Positions 1 to 9,983 of a stretch of DNA of 64,000 nt are shown here, piece by piece; position 1 is the first letter of the stretch; the number at the start of each line of letters is the position of its first letter. A program made the translations under genes and the position numbers. This stretch comes from an uncultured cyanobacterium (lineage in GTDB: Bacteria > Cyanobacteriota > Cyanobacteriia > Cyanobacteriales > CAWCAG01). Below the pieces are notes generated by a model. That model was not told the origin of the DNA, ran no database searches, and saw only the letters and a program-made list of their open reading frames with translations. Where the stretch lies: contig CAWDOD010000002.1 in assembly GCA_963803805.1 (NCBI GenBank), forward strand, positions 1,344,001 through 1,408,000, given 5' to 3'.

Positions 1-645
1 ATTTTGGTAATTTTTAGAGTAGGTTAGCAATGAAAGTCCTTGCTCATATTCAATAGCTAGCTGAAATGCCATGTCTTCATGCCAACCTTCTTCTTCAACC
101 AACCACCTTTTAAGCCGACTAGAATCAAGACTTTCGTTATGCCGCAGCGCCGAGACGATAAAAGCAAACCATCTCTCTTGGTCACAAGGGTGGGAAGTCC
201 CTGTCGATTTATTAGCTGTCCTTGAAAAACTTTTTAACTTTCTATAAGTCTCTTCAGACACCCAGTCTTCCATACTCTGGTTATCTGAGGTTGTCTCGAC
301 TGGAACAGAATATTTACTGCATAGTGGCTGAAGAAAGTTATTATAGAACTCCATCAATATGACATTGTATTGATCTTTCGATAACTTTCCCCTTTCTCTA
401 GGGACAATGTTTGATATATAAACGATTTCAGGGTTTTTTCTGGCAAAAGCAATTAAGGCCGGCTCTAGAACTTCTGTTCTACCACATGAGAAATAATAAA
501 ATTTGACCTTAGATTCTCTGGCTGACTTTTGTTCAAGAGAGATTTCTCTACGCCAGTTTCCCTGTAGAATTTGCTCTAATTCACTAAAAAAATCATCTGC
601 TTTTTCTTCTGGCAAATGTAGATATAGCTCTCGAAAAACTTTCAT
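1..645 (-). CDS. Hypothetical protein, runs off the left window edge (at least 215 aa)
   Basis: Hand translation from ATG at 645 is open to position 1: MKVFRELYLHLPEEKADDFF...ANKSTGTSHPCDQERWFAFI...EYEQGLSLLTYSKNYQN. Absent from the ORF track because no stop lies in the window. Confidence 0.8.
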   Translation of the reverse strand, partial: MKVFRELYLHLPEEKADDFFSELEQILQGNWRREISLEQKSARESKVKFYYFSCGRTEVLEPALIAFARKNPEIVYISNIVPRERGKLSKDQYNVILMEFYNNFLQPLCSKYSVPVETTSDNQSMEDWVSEETYRKLKSFSRTANKSTGTSHPCDQERWFAFIVSALRHNESLDSSRLKRWLVEEEGWHEDMAFQLAIEYEQGLSLLTYSKNYQN

Positions 646-717
646 GATACCTAATATTCCTACTCATTATGGTAGTTTTTGCAGCTCCGGTTTTTTAATA
701 GCATTAATCAAAAAATA

Positions 718-1596
718 TCATTTTCCTGGAGAGAAAAAGAGTACCGGGAACCAACTACGACGCAATACTTCATTAGCAAAACTGGGGGTCGTCCACTCAA
801 ACAAATTGTTTTTGGTAACAGAACCAATAGCAATAGAAGTAATATCAAAATCTACCGCAGCATCAAGAATTTCGATGAGAGGATTTCCTTGACGAACCTC
901 TGTATTCACTTGCAAATTCAACTCTTCTAATTCCGCTTTCACTTCTTCTAACTTCTTAGTCGCTTCCTTGAGCTTATATTCTACAGGAACTCCTCGACGA
1001 CCTGCATCATCTACTACCCAACACAACATAATTTTTTCTAGAGAGTTTTCCGGGCGATTCTTGGCAATTTCTTTAATGCGCTCTAAGATGTATTGCGCTG
1101 AATCACTGTTGTTGTAAGGTATCAATAAGTAGCGATAAAGATGCTCACAACGCAAAGCTAATTCTTCATTGGTATAAGTTGAAACGAGTTGGGGGCGAAG
1201 AATTGTTAAAGGGGTGGAAGTTAACTTCCCTAAACCCACTGTTGTACTGCCAAAAATCTTCTCTTGTAAAAGACTGCGAATTGAATTCCCCGTCAGAATA
1301 ACCTCGCTGCTGTAGGTTTCTAAAATCTTAGGAATATTGTCTAAGGGACTTCCAGAAAGAACTTCTGTGACAACTTCCACTCCTGGGGGAACTTCTGCTA
1401 ATTCCTGGGTAAAACGAGCTTTTGCTTCCTCTATTTTCTCTTTATCTACCCTGGGAACTTCACAATCTTCTTTAATAGGAACGCAATGGAGAAAAACTAT
1501 TTGTTTGATGCCACCGCTAGCCAGATTGGGTACAAATTTCAACAAGCGATACAAACCATCAGAAAAGTCTGTGCAGATCAAGCAACGCTGAAACAT
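718..1596 (-). CDS. Universal stress protein with tandem USP domains
   Basis: N-terminal MFQRCLICTDFSD, FGSTT motif, and a second domain with GNP..EIL..A and a PVL tail. Confidence 0.85.
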   Translation of the reverse strand: MFQRCLICTDFSDGLYRLLKFVPNLASGGIKQIVFLHCVPIKEDCEVPRVDKEKIEEAKARFTQELAEVPPGVEVVTEVLSGSPLDNIPKILETYSSEVILTGNSIRSLLQEKIFGSTTVGLGKLTSTPLTILRPQLVSTYTNEELALRCEHLYRYLLIPYNNSDSAQYILERIKEIAKNRPENSLEKIMLCWVVDDAGRRGVPVEYKLKEATKKLEEVKAELEELNLQVNTEVRQGNPLIEILDAAVDFDITSIAIGSVTKNNLFEWTTPSFANEVLRRSWFPVLFFSPGK

Positions 1597-1739
1597 ATTG
1601 AGTTAGAGAATATTAGGGCATCAGGGAAAAAAGTTGAATGGCTCATAATTTTAATCACTAAACGAGATATCCACCCTTATTTCTACCTTCTCTATTAACG
1701 ATAACATCTCTTATCTTACTTTTAACTTTTGCCTTGTAA

Positions 1740-1828
1740 AAAGGTGAACGCCCCAGCATCCCCAGCTCGTTTCGTCTCTGTTTCGCCGAACCTAGCAAGA
1801 GATGGAGGTCGCCTCCGTTTCTGCTATT
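1740..1828 (-). other. GC-rich structured element in the nblA 3' region (candidate 3'UTR RNA structure, sRNA or terminator)
   Basis: Minus strand reads TAGCAGAAACGGAGG-CGA-CCTCCATCTCTTGCTA (stem-loop), then GGTTCG...CGAGCT enclosing GAAACAGAGACGAAA, then a G-rich tract and a T run. Confidence 0.45.
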
Positions 1829-1842
1829 TTGACTTGTTAAGG

Positions 1843-2031
1843 CTAGGGTGCCGATTCAAGCCCCCAGTCGTGCTTGAGAAAATCTTTGTACATATTCTCA
1901 CGCACCATCATTTGCCCATAAAGTTCGATTAAGAACTTCTGAGCTTGTTCGCGGCTCATCTTTTGTACCTGAGTTTCAAAAGAACGCATACTGAACTTTT
2001 GTTCTAAAGATAGTCCCGTTGGTTGAGACAT
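1843..2031 (-). CDS. nblA: Phycobilisome degradation protein NblA
   Basis: LSLEQKFSMRSFETQVQKMSREQAQKFL..LY.QMM.REN signature; ATG at 2031 chosen as start (62 aa). Confidence 0.93.
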   Translation of the reverse strand: MSQPTGLSLEQKFSMRSFETQVQKMSREQAQKFLIELYGQMMVRENMYKDFLKHDWGLESAP

Positions 2032-2676
2032 AATCATTAACTCCAAACTACAACTTATCGAGAGAAATAAAGATTAACTTTGCTCTCACTCTTCTATTAT
2101 GATAAGAAAAATAACAAGTGTTTGACAAATAGGCTACTTTATTGGCTAAGATTCTTCTTCAAATCTGCCAGAAGAGTAAATTATTGCTTCAACTTCAACA
2201 AGATCAATTTTCATGGGGAACATCTGAGGTTTATTTGTTTGCACCATGGGAGAAGGGAACGCACCTGTGTTATTTTAATCAAGGGTTTGAGAGGAAATTT
2301 GCTCAATACAAACAAAGTCTTGAGTAAATCTACTCATAAAAAGCAAATTTACTATTTTCTACACCTAGATCAAGCTAGCTTCAAAGTCTAGACCATGGTA
2401 ATTTTAAGATAGTGTAAACATTCTGTAATAATTACTAATAGGAATGAAAATCCTATATTTGAAATGCCCACAAAGGCTGTAGAGCATCCAAAGTCTGTTA
2501 TATGAATTAAAAGCCCATCTTGAGCGCACTAACTAATATTGCGAATATTGCCAAGTTTAATTGGGGACAGAACAACTTCAAGGGGAAAAGAGTGCAAAAA
2601 TTTACCCTTTATTTATTGGAACCTAATTGTTTGCCATACAAGTTTTTTACTAAATTCAATCTGGAGGTAATTCTCA

Positions 2677-3114
2677 ATGACGATTCGTATCTATGTAGGT
2701 AATTTGCCAAAAGACAGCATAGACCGTCAAGAACTGCAAGATATGTTTGCAGAAGTAGATTCGGTATCTACTAAAGTGATTAAAGACCGCAAAACTGGCA
2801 AATGTCGAGGCTTTGCTTTTGTTACTGTACCAACGGACGAAATAGCCGATGAATTTATTGCCAAATTCAATGGTAAGTCTTTCAAAGATACTCCTTTAAA
2901 AATTGAAAAGGCTTTGCCTAAATCTAAAGAGAAGGAGGAGAAAGAAGAATCTAGTACTAGTGAAAATAATTCTCCCTCACCCCGTAAAGGTAGTAGCAAA
3001 AAATCTCGTCGTGGCAATTATAGTAATGCTAGTAAAGACGCAGCACAGCCAGATCCTCGCTGGGCTGACGAATTAGCGAAACTAAAAGAGATGCTGGCTA
3101 CCCAAGCTAAGTAA
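2677..3114 (+). CDS. rbp3: RRM RNA-binding protein, Rbp3/RbpG type
   Basis: RNP2 IYVGNL, RNP1 RGFAFV, and the C-terminal QPDPRWADEL..LKE motif typical of this cyanobacterial class. Confidence 0.85.
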   Translation: MTIRIYVGNLPKDSIDRQELQDMFAEVDSVSTKVIKDRKTGKCRGFAFVTVPTDEIADEFIAKFNGKSFKDTPLKIEKALPKSKEKEEKEESSTSENNSPSPRKGSSKKSRRGNYSNASKDAAQPDPRWADELAKLKEMLATQAK

Positions 3115-3177
3115 ATCTTAAACCCTAGAGGTGCATCAGTTTGGAGCGAGAATATCAATAGCAAGCAGAATCAACGG

Positions 3178-3230
3178 GCAGAAAAGATAGTCAAAGGGAA
3201 ATTCTTACTATCTTTTCTGCTTTATTTATT
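3178..3230 (+). terminator. Putative intrinsic terminator after rbp3
   Basis: 14-bp inverted repeat GCAGAAAAGATAGT...ACTATCTTTTCTGC followed by a T-rich tract. Confidence 0.6.
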
Positions 3231-3303
3231 TGATAACCGTTAACAGTATCACCTCCAAAACTGATAAATTTCCAATGTTCAATAAAATAAGGAGTTTTTA
3301 GGA

Positions 3304-4011
3304 ATGAAAGATGCAGATCCTGTTAAGGTCATGAAACAGGAAGTAGGCAAAGCAGCAGCAGCTTTAGTAGAATCAGATTCAATTGTCGGGTTGGGAACTG
3401 GTTCGACTACCGCCTTCGCCATTGAGTATTTGGGAGAACGTCTTAAATCTGGAGAAATTAAAAATATTGTTGGTGTTCCCACCTCTTTTCAAGCAGAAGT
3501 TTTGGCCAAAAAATACGGTATACCTCTTACAAGTTTAGATGCTATAGATCATATTGATATTGCTATTGATGGGGCAGATGAAGTTGATCCTCAAAAGAAT
3601 TTAATTAAAGGTGGTGGTGCGGCACATACCCGCGAAAAAGTGGTCGATTCTTTAGCAAATAAATTTGTTGTTGTTGTTGATAGTGGTAAATTGGTGGAGA
3701 AGTTGGGTTCAACTTTCTTACTTCCGGTAGAAGTAATTCCTATGGCTATCACCCCAGCAATGCGGGCTATTGAGAAGTTAGGGGGCAAACCAGAGTTACG
3801 TATGGGAGTTAAAAAAGCTGGACCTGTGGTAACAGACCAAGGAAACTTAGTCCTTGATGTTAAATTCGACTCAATTCCTGACCCAGCAGCTTTAGAAAAG
3901 ACAATTAATAATATTCCTGGGGTTCTGGAAAATGGCTTATTCGTGGGGGTTACCGATATGGTTTTGGTGGGAGAAATTGTTGATAATAAACCTCTAGTTA
4001 AAGAGATGTGA
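3304..4011 (+). CDS. rpiA: Ribose-5-phosphate isomerase A
   Basis: GLGTGST, DGADEVD and [12 protein letters not shown] motifs. Confidence 0.97.
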   Translation: MKDADPVKVMKQEVGKAAAALVESDSIVGLGTGSTTAFAIEYLGERLKSGEIKNIVGVPTSFQAEVLAKKYGIPLTSLDAIDHIDIAIDGADEVDPQKNLIKGGGAAHTREKVVDSLANKFVVVVDSGKLVEKLGSTFLLPVEVIPMAITPAMRAIEKLGGKPELRMGVKKAGPVVTDQGNLVLDVKFDSIPDPAALEKTINNIPGVLENGLFVGVTDMVLVGEIVDNKPLVKEM

Positions 4012-4045
4012 GTTCGAAATAAACTTCCGCAAGAGCTAAACTGAA

Positions 4046-6346
4046 TCATTGATTTAACTGCTGCCTTGCTAGTTCTAAAAGCAAACTTTGTTCCCCACGG
4101 GCAATAGCTTCATAGGTACTTTCTACCCCATGGCGATCTACAGAAATTGAAGTTATTCCCCAACGTATTAACTGCTCAATTATCTCAGGATCTTGACTTG
4201 GCAACTGGCCACAAATAGAACAAGGAATATTTAGTTCAACAGCTTGTTTGACAAGTTGTTCTATAGCCTTGACGATAGCAGGGTAAGCTTCAGTAAATAA
4301 CTGTTCCAAGCTAGCATCTTCGCGATCAATTCCTAATATTAACTGAGTTAAATCATTGCTACCGATAGCAATACCTTGAACTCCGGCTTTAACATATTCA
4401 GGTAGGAGAAAAAGCATTGAAGGCACTTCTGCCATGATCCATAATTGGAAACCAGGATAATTGTTTAAGCCTGCTGCAAAGATACGATCACGGCAGAAAG
4501 TAAATTCTGGAACGCTGCGGATGAAAGGTAAAATCAGTTTAATATTGCTATAACCAGAATTATAAAGCTTTCCTAAAGCTTGAATTTCTAACTCAAATAA
4601 ACTACTATCAAGACGATAATCAAAAGTGCCTCTTTTTCCTAAAAGGAAAGGAAGATTAACCTCAGAATTAACAGATGCTTCTGAAAGGTTGGCTATTGTT
4701 AAAGCACGTCGATCTAAGAAACGATAAAAAACAGGTTTTGGGGTAAAACCTTGGGCAAATTGAGCAACAAGTTGGACGATTTGTTCTAAGAATAAAAACT
4801 TTCTATGGGGGTGAAGCCACCAACTTAAAGAATGAGAACTTAACAACTCCATAATCATTAATTCTGAACGCAATAACCCCAAACCATCAACAGGCAAATT
4901 AGCGGCTTCGGCAATAGAGGTTGTTTGAGAAAGGTTAACTAAAAGTTTGGTGGCGATGGGGTGATAATTTATTTCTTTGGGTTTTGAGATTAGAGGCTTT
5001 TGAGGTGTTGTTTCTGAAGCAGATTCGGAATAATTACAAATTTCTCCCTTATCCCCATCTATAAGTAAACATAGGTCATTGCTAATTTTTTGAGTAGCAT
5101 CTTTAACTGCCACTATTGCTGGTATACCTAATTCCCTTGCTATAATTGCTCCATGACTGTTTCTTCCTCCTTCTTCTGTAATCATGCCTGCTGCTTGTTG
5201 CAATAGGGGCAGCCAATCAGGGGTGATCTTTTTAGCTACTAAGATTCTGCCTGGAGGAACTGATTGAAAATGCCGGTTAATTCCTGTAATCAGGTGCGCT
5301 TTGGCCACTGCTTGACCAGGGGAAGCAGATATTCCTTTTAGAAGCATATAGGAGGAGTTTTTGGGTTTTAATCCTACTTCTTTTTGAGTATATTCTGGTT
5401 GAGAAGTAAATTTATGGGTGTCAATTTGAGTTAGATAAACTTGGGATTGAGAAGAGGCTGTGATTGTCCATTCTAAGGTGGCTGATGTTTCTCGCTGGGG
5501 GAATAATTTGGCAACTAAAACAGTAATTGAATTTAAGAAAGCTTGGTTAAGACTATAGTTTTCTTGTTCTTCTGAGGATAATAAATAGGCTTTTAAATCA
5601 TCTTCACCAAGCTTGTAGGCAAGGACTTTGTTACCTAAGTTTTGCTTGATTACTTGATTAGTCAATCGTTGCACTTCATAATAATCAGCAATAATATCTC
5701 CTCGCACCAAACTATGACCCAAACCATAATTAGCTTTAATTTGTAAACTTTGAGGATTAACTTCTACTATGCCAGAAGCGATTGCATTTTGAAGGGGTTG
5801 GACTAAAATAGCTAAACGAATTTGATGTAAGTTGATCCCCAGACGCTGCCAATAAAATAAACTCCTAGCCCGAAACAACTCCGCCCAAGCCTTCTTTAAA
5901 GCGATTTCCCAACTGTGGCGATCGCAACGGCAAATTTGTGATTTAAAGATACCGGCAAACTCTACATTTAAGTCTGGTGGTAAGGTTACTGAAGGGCGCA
6001 AGATAGCAGAAGAGGAAGGAAACTCTTCTACTACAGAACTAAAATTTGTTCCCCAATTATCAGGAAAGGAAGTATTAATAATTTGGTGACGGATTCTTTG
6101 GGCAACTTCTTGCAACGTTTTGTGGTTATCAATGTCTATATGTAGGGATGAGACAGGCCAATCTAGGAGTAAAGGTTCAGTTTTGCTGATAATAGCCAAA
6201 AATTCTTCTAAGCAGGTAACACTAACTACAAAACCGGGTATAACAGGAAAGCCATGTTGGCATAACTGGCTAAGGGCAAAAGCTTTTTCCCCCACCAGAG
6301 AACGTTCTGAAGCTTGAATTTGGTCGAAGTGATAAATTTGGGTCAA
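4046..6346 (-). CDS. PEP synthase-like protein (PEP/pyruvate-binding, mobile His and PEP-utiliser C-terminal domains)
   Basis: VGEKA N-terminus, GGRNSHGAIIARELGIPA phospho-His motif, GLLRSE, MAEVP, IGSNDLTQ and ICGQ. Confidence 0.8.
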   Translation of the reverse strand: MTQIYHFDQIQASERSLVGEKAFALSQLCQHGFPVIPGFVVSVTCLEEFLAIISKTEPLLLDWPVSSLHIDIDNHKTLQEVAQRIRHQIINTSFPDNWGTNFSSVVEEFPSSSAILRPSVTLPPDLNVEFAGIFKSQICRCDRHSWEIALKKAWAELFRARSLFYWQRLGINLHQIRLAILVQPLQNAIASGIVEVNPQSLQIKANYGLGHSLVRGDIIADYYEVQRLTNQVIKQNLGNKVLAYKLGEDDLKAYLLSSEEQENYSLNQAFLNSITVLVAKLFPQRETSATLEWTITASSQSQVYLTQIDTHKFTSQPEYTQKEVGLKPKNSSYMLLKGISASPGQAVAKAHLITGINRHFQSVPPGRILVAKKITPDWLPLLQQAAGMITEEGGRNSHGAIIARELGIPAIVAVKDATQKISNDLCLLIDGDKGEICNYSESASETTPQKPLISKPKEINYHPIATKLLVNLSQTTSIAEAANLPVDGLGLLRSELMIMELLSSHSLSWWLHPHRKFLFLEQIVQLVAQFAQGFTPKPVFYRFLDRRALTIANLSEASVNSEVNLPFLLGKRGTFDYRLDSSLFELEIQALGKLYNSGYSNIKLILPFIRSVPEFTFCRDRIFAAGLNNYPGFQLWIMAEVPSMLFLLPEYVKAGVQGIAIGSNDLTQLILGIDREDASLEQLFTEAYPAIVKAIEQLVKQAVELNIPCSICGQLPSQDPEIIEQLIRWGITSISVDRHGVESTYEAIARGEQSLLLELARQQLNQ

Positions 6347-6494
6347 TAGAACCTTACAGTTGATTGACTGTCAATTGCTACCTTAAAACAAAATGAAAAT
6401 AAAAACTGCTTATAAAATTAATGGGAGATAGGGAGATGAGGAAATATCTTTTAACCTTGACCCTAACCTCTGGCTGCTAAATGATCAATGTTAA

Positions 6495-8636
6495 ATGATA
6501 ACTGATATGGGTTTGGGGACTGGAACAATATTAAGAGGACGTTATGGCATTTTGTCTAAATTGGGGCAAGGAGGTTTTGGCCAAACCTTTTTGGCTGAAG
6601 ATGGAGATTTGCTAGATCGCCCTCAATGTGTGGTTAAGCAACTCAAACCCCTATTTACAGAATTATCCAATTTAAAAATAGCGCAACGCTTATTTGAAAA
6701 TGAGGCGCGTATTTTACAAAAACTCGGCCATCATTCCCAAATCCCTCAACTTTTTGCTTATTTTGAGGAGGAACAGGAGTTTTATTTAGTTCAAGAATAC
6801 ATTGCCGGTAGTAGTTTAGCTCAAGAAATTTCTCCGGGTAAGAAACTAGGGGAAAAGCAAGTTATCGTCTTGTTAACAGACATTCTGGCTATTTTAGAAT
6901 TTGTCCACCAGCAAAAGGTTATTCACCGCGATATTAATCCTCGCAATCTAATTCGCCGCCAGGTTGATGGTAAGTTGGTTTTGATTGATTTTGGGGCGGT
7001 GAAACAAATTAGTACCGCGACAGAAGGTAATAAAACTATTATTATTGGTACTCCTGGGTATTTACCCGTTGAACAAAGTCGTGGCAATCCTCAGTTAAGT
7101 AGCGATATTTATGCGGTGGGGATGATGGGGATTGTTGCCTTGACAGGTTGCAATCCTACGGTTTTCGTACCAGATCCCCAAACCAAGGAAATTACTTGGC
7201 AAGATGGGGTGGATGTTTCCCCAGAATTAGGGCAGGTTTTAAAGAAGATGATTCGTCAGGATTACCGTAAACGTTATGCTTGCGCCTCAGAAGCTTTAGC
7301 CGCTTTACGAAGTTTAAATAGTTCCGAAATTAATACTATTGTTTTACCTTCGCCTCCCCAACCCTTACCTAAATTTAAGCTAACTCGTTCGATGGTAGCT
7401 AAGGTTGCCATCATCTTAGGATTGATTGGTTTGGCAACAACGGTATTTTTTAGCGTTAATAAGTTAATTAGGGATAATAACGCCACCAACCTTTATAACC
7501 AAGGCAATACTCTTTATGAATTAAACCGCTACCAAGAAGCTTTTCGGGCTTATGATCAGGCTTTAGAACTTGATCCTGATTATGTAGAGGCTTGGAAAGG
7601 ACAAGGAGATAGTTTACAAGGTTTACAAAGAGAAGAGGAAGCCCTAGAAGCTTATGAACAAGCCATTCAACTCCAACCCGATTATTGGGAAGCTTGGATT
7701 GCTAGGGGTGAACTTTTAACTAAATTAACAAGATATTCTGAGGCGGTTCAAGCTTTTGCTAAAGTTATTGAACATCAACCGGATAATTGGCAAGCTTGGG
7801 AAGGTAAGGGTAATGGGGAACTTAAATTGAAGCAATATTCTCAAGCTATTGCTTCCTATAACCGGGTTCTAGATTTGAACCCGGAAAGAACTTCGGCTTG
7901 GTATAGTCAAGGTTGGGCTTTCCATAACTTGAAGCGTTATGAAGAAGCTGTTAATTCCTATGATCAGGCGGTGGATATTCAACCAGATTATCCCCAGGCT
8001 TGGTATCAAAGGGGTAATGCTTTGATTAATTTACAAGAATATGAAGAAGCTGCCGATTCTTATCAAAAAGCCTTAAACTTTCAACCGAACTTTTACCAAG
8101 CCGCCTACAGCTTAGGTATTGCCCTGAACCAAGAAAAACGTTACGAACCAGCCATAAAAGCTTTTGAACAGGCACTTAAGGCTAAATCAGACGATTATCA
8201 AGCTTGGTATAATTTGGGTTGGAGTCTCCACCAATTACAACGCTACACCGATGCGGTAGAAGCTTACGAACAAGCTACGAAGTATGGCAACAACTCTTAC
8301 TCAGCTTGGTACAATCGCGGCAATGCCCTCTATAACCTGGAAAAGTATTCTGAAGCGATCGCCTCTTATGATCAAGCCTTAACACTGGAAAGAAATCGTT
8401 ATCAAGCTTGGTATAGTCGCGGCAATGCTTTGCTGAATTTAAAACAATACCAAAACGCGATCGCCTCCTATGAACAAGCTTTAAGCTACAAACCAAACTA
8501 CCAAGAAGCAGAGGAAGGGAAACAACGATCTCAACGTTTGTTGGAGAAGCAAGAAAGGAAAGATAGAAGGGAAAGGGAGGATCGCGAGAATAGAGATGAC
8601 TCCAAGCCAAAGGAGGAGGAAACTTTGGACATTTAG
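6495..8636 (+). CDS. Hanks-type Ser/Thr protein kinase with a TM helix and C-terminal TPR array
   Basis: LGQGGFG, VVKQL, HRDINPRN, DFG and GTPGY; hydrophobic segment; about 10 divergent TPR repeats. Confidence 0.92.
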   Translation: MITDMGLGTGTILRGRYGILSKLGQGGFGQTFLAEDGDLLDRPQCVVKQLKPLFTELSNLKIAQRLFENEARILQKLGHHSQIPQLFAYFEEEQEFYLVQEYIAGSSLAQEISPGKKLGEKQVIVLLTDILAILEFVHQQKVIHRDINPRNLIRRQVDGKLVLIDFGAVKQISTATEGNKTIIIGTPGYLPVEQSRGNPQLSSDIYAVGMMGIVALTGCNPTVFVPDPQTKEITWQDGVDVSPELGQVLKKMIRQDYRKRYACASEALAALRSLNSSEINTIVLPSPPQPLPKFKLTRSMVAKVAIILGLIGLATTVFFSVNKLIRDNNATNLYNQGNTLYELNRYQEAFRAYDQALELDPDYVEAWKGQGDSLQGLQREEEALEAYEQAIQLQPDYWEAWIARGELLTKLTRYSEAVQAFAKVIEHQPDNWQAWEGKGNGELKLKQYSQAIASYNRVLDLNPERTSAWYSQGWAFHNLKRYEEAVNSYDQAVDIQPDYPQAWYQRGNALINLQEYEEAADSYQKALNFQPNFYQAAYSLGIALNQEKRYEPAIKAFEQALKAKSDDYQAWYNLGWSLHQLQRYTDAVEAYEQATKYGNNSYSAWYNRGNALYNLEKYSEAIASYDQALTLERNRYQAWYSRGNALLNLKQYQNAIASYEQALSYKPNYQEAEEGKQRSQRLLEKQERKDRREREDRENRDDSKPKEEETLDI

Positions 8637-8673
8637 TACTGTTATAGGCTATACCATTGATAACTGATCATTG

Positions 8674-8698
8674 TACGGCTTGCCGTTGCCGTTAGGCA
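8674..8698 (+). repeat. Small dispersed two-hairpin repeat, copy A, inside heptamer repeats
   Basis: TACGGCTTGCCGTTGCCGTTAGGCA flanked by (C)ATTGATA/ACTGATA units; related copies at 9906, 9943, 63793 and 63845. Confidence 0.7.
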
Positions 8699-8724
8699 TC
8701 ATTGATAACTGATAATTGAATTAA

Positions 8725-9849
8725 ATGGTAATCAAAGAAATAAAGCAACAGTTAAGAGCAAAATTACCTGGATTTACAGATTTTGCCAAGGGATTAAGTG
8801 CTAAGAAATGGCCTAAAGGTTCGATTGTTTATTATACAGGCGATCGCAAAACTGGTTTGAGTCCTCGCAGTCTTCAAGAAGGAACTAGCGGTACAAATAC
8901 CGCAGTTATTTATTTAACTAAAGAATGGGCTAAACAAGGATATAAAGTTGTCGTTTATAGTACCTGTGGAGATCAAGAGGGAATTCACGATGGAGTTGAA
9001 TATATTAACTATTATAAATTTAATTGGCATGACACTTTTGATGTCTTAATTATTTTAAGTCACCCCTATTTATTACCTCTTCGGGTTAAAGCGAGAAAAG
9101 TTTGTTGGGAATGGCAAGATGTGATGGGAGAACCCCGCATTTACCCCCGCGAAAAGATCGAAAGGTTTGACCACATTTTTGCAAAATCTCAGTTTCAACG
9201 CCAGCTATTACCCTATATTCCTGATGAAAAATTTACCATTGTTACTAATGGCGTTGACAAAAGTATTGCCCAACTTAGTAGTAACAAAAAAGATCCCTAT
9301 AAATTGGTTTATGCTTCCCGTTATTATCGTGGTCTAGATTCTATGTTAGCCTACGGCTGGCCGGTAATTAAACAAGCTGTCCCGGAAGCCGAGTTACATA
9401 TTTATCATGGTTGGACAAGGAGAGAAAACCATCCTAGTGAAGCCGAATGGAAGCAGAAAGTAATTGAATTAATGCAGCAAGATGGGATTATTGATCATGG
9501 TAAAGTTCCTCAAAGAACTTTAATTGAAGAAAAGTCTACAGCGAGTATTCATTACTATGGTTGTACCTATGAAGAAATCGATTGTATTTCTGTTAGGGAA
9601 TCAGCTATGGTTGGTTGCGTTCCTGTGACTACAGATTTCGCTGTTTTCAGAGAAAAGAGTTACTGTTTGAGAGTGTCAGGAGAACCGAAAGCTAAGGAAA
9701 CCCAGGAAGCTGTAGCTTATAAAATTGTTGAACTGCTCAAAAATCCTCAAAAATTAGCAGAGATTCGCCAGCAATTTTCAGAAAATGTCCAGAATGAAAC
9801 CTGGGATAATATTGCTCAAGTTTGGTTGAAAAGTTTTGATTTTGATTGA
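8725..9849 (+). CDS. Glycosyltransferase (GT-B fold, GT4-like)
   Basis: SGTNTAV..L, S.FQR, V.NGVD, YASRY.RGL and the EIDCISVRES (E-x7-E) motif. Confidence 0.8.
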   Translation: MVIKEIKQQLRAKLPGFTDFAKGLSAKKWPKGSIVYYTGDRKTGLSPRSLQEGTSGTNTAVIYLTKEWAKQGYKVVVYSTCGDQEGIHDGVEYINYYKFNWHDTFDVLIILSHPYLLPLRVKARKVCWEWQDVMGEPRIYPREKIERFDHIFAKSQFQRQLLPYIPDEKFTIVTNGVDKSIAQLSSNKKDPYKLVYASRYYRGLDSMLAYGWPVIKQAVPEAELHIYHGWTRRENHPSEAEWKQKVIELMQQDGIIDHGKVPQRTLIEEKSTASIHYYGCTYEEIDCISVRESAMVGCVPVTTDFAVFREKSYCLRVSGEPKAKETQEAVAYKIVELLKNPQKLAEIRQQFSENVQNETWDNIAQVWLKSFDFD

Positions 9850-9905
9850 TAATTATATTTACTATGCAATCATAGGGAAACTGTATATTGACCATTGATA
9901 ATTAA

Positions 9906-9967
9906 TGCCTAACGGCGATAGCAAGCTGTACATTGATAACGGTAGGATTTGCCCTTGCCCTTAGACA
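9906..9967. repeat. Small dispersed two-hairpin repeats, copy B (9906-9930, minus) and copy C (9943-9967, plus)
   Basis: Reverse complement TACAGCTTGCTATCGCCGTTAGGCA, and TAGGATTTGCCCTTGCCCTTAGACA. Confidence 0.65.
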
Positions 9968-9983
9968 TCGTTGATAACTGAAA

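Noticed and set aside
503-1932. Plus-strand ORFs 503-892, 679-930, 1337-1591, 1486-1698 and 1729-1932
   Set aside because: They are antisense shadows of the edge gene, the USP gene and nblA, with no recognisable motifs.
2080-2702. ORFs 2080-2391, 2142-2327 and 2520-2702
   Set aside because: They have TTG starts and unstructured translations, and lie in the nblA/rbp3 divergent promoter region.
8655-9981. Mini-CRISPR from CATTGATAACTGAT repeats with inserts
   Set aside because: The repeats are short heptamer tracts, the inserts are related to each other rather than unique, and no cas genes are present.
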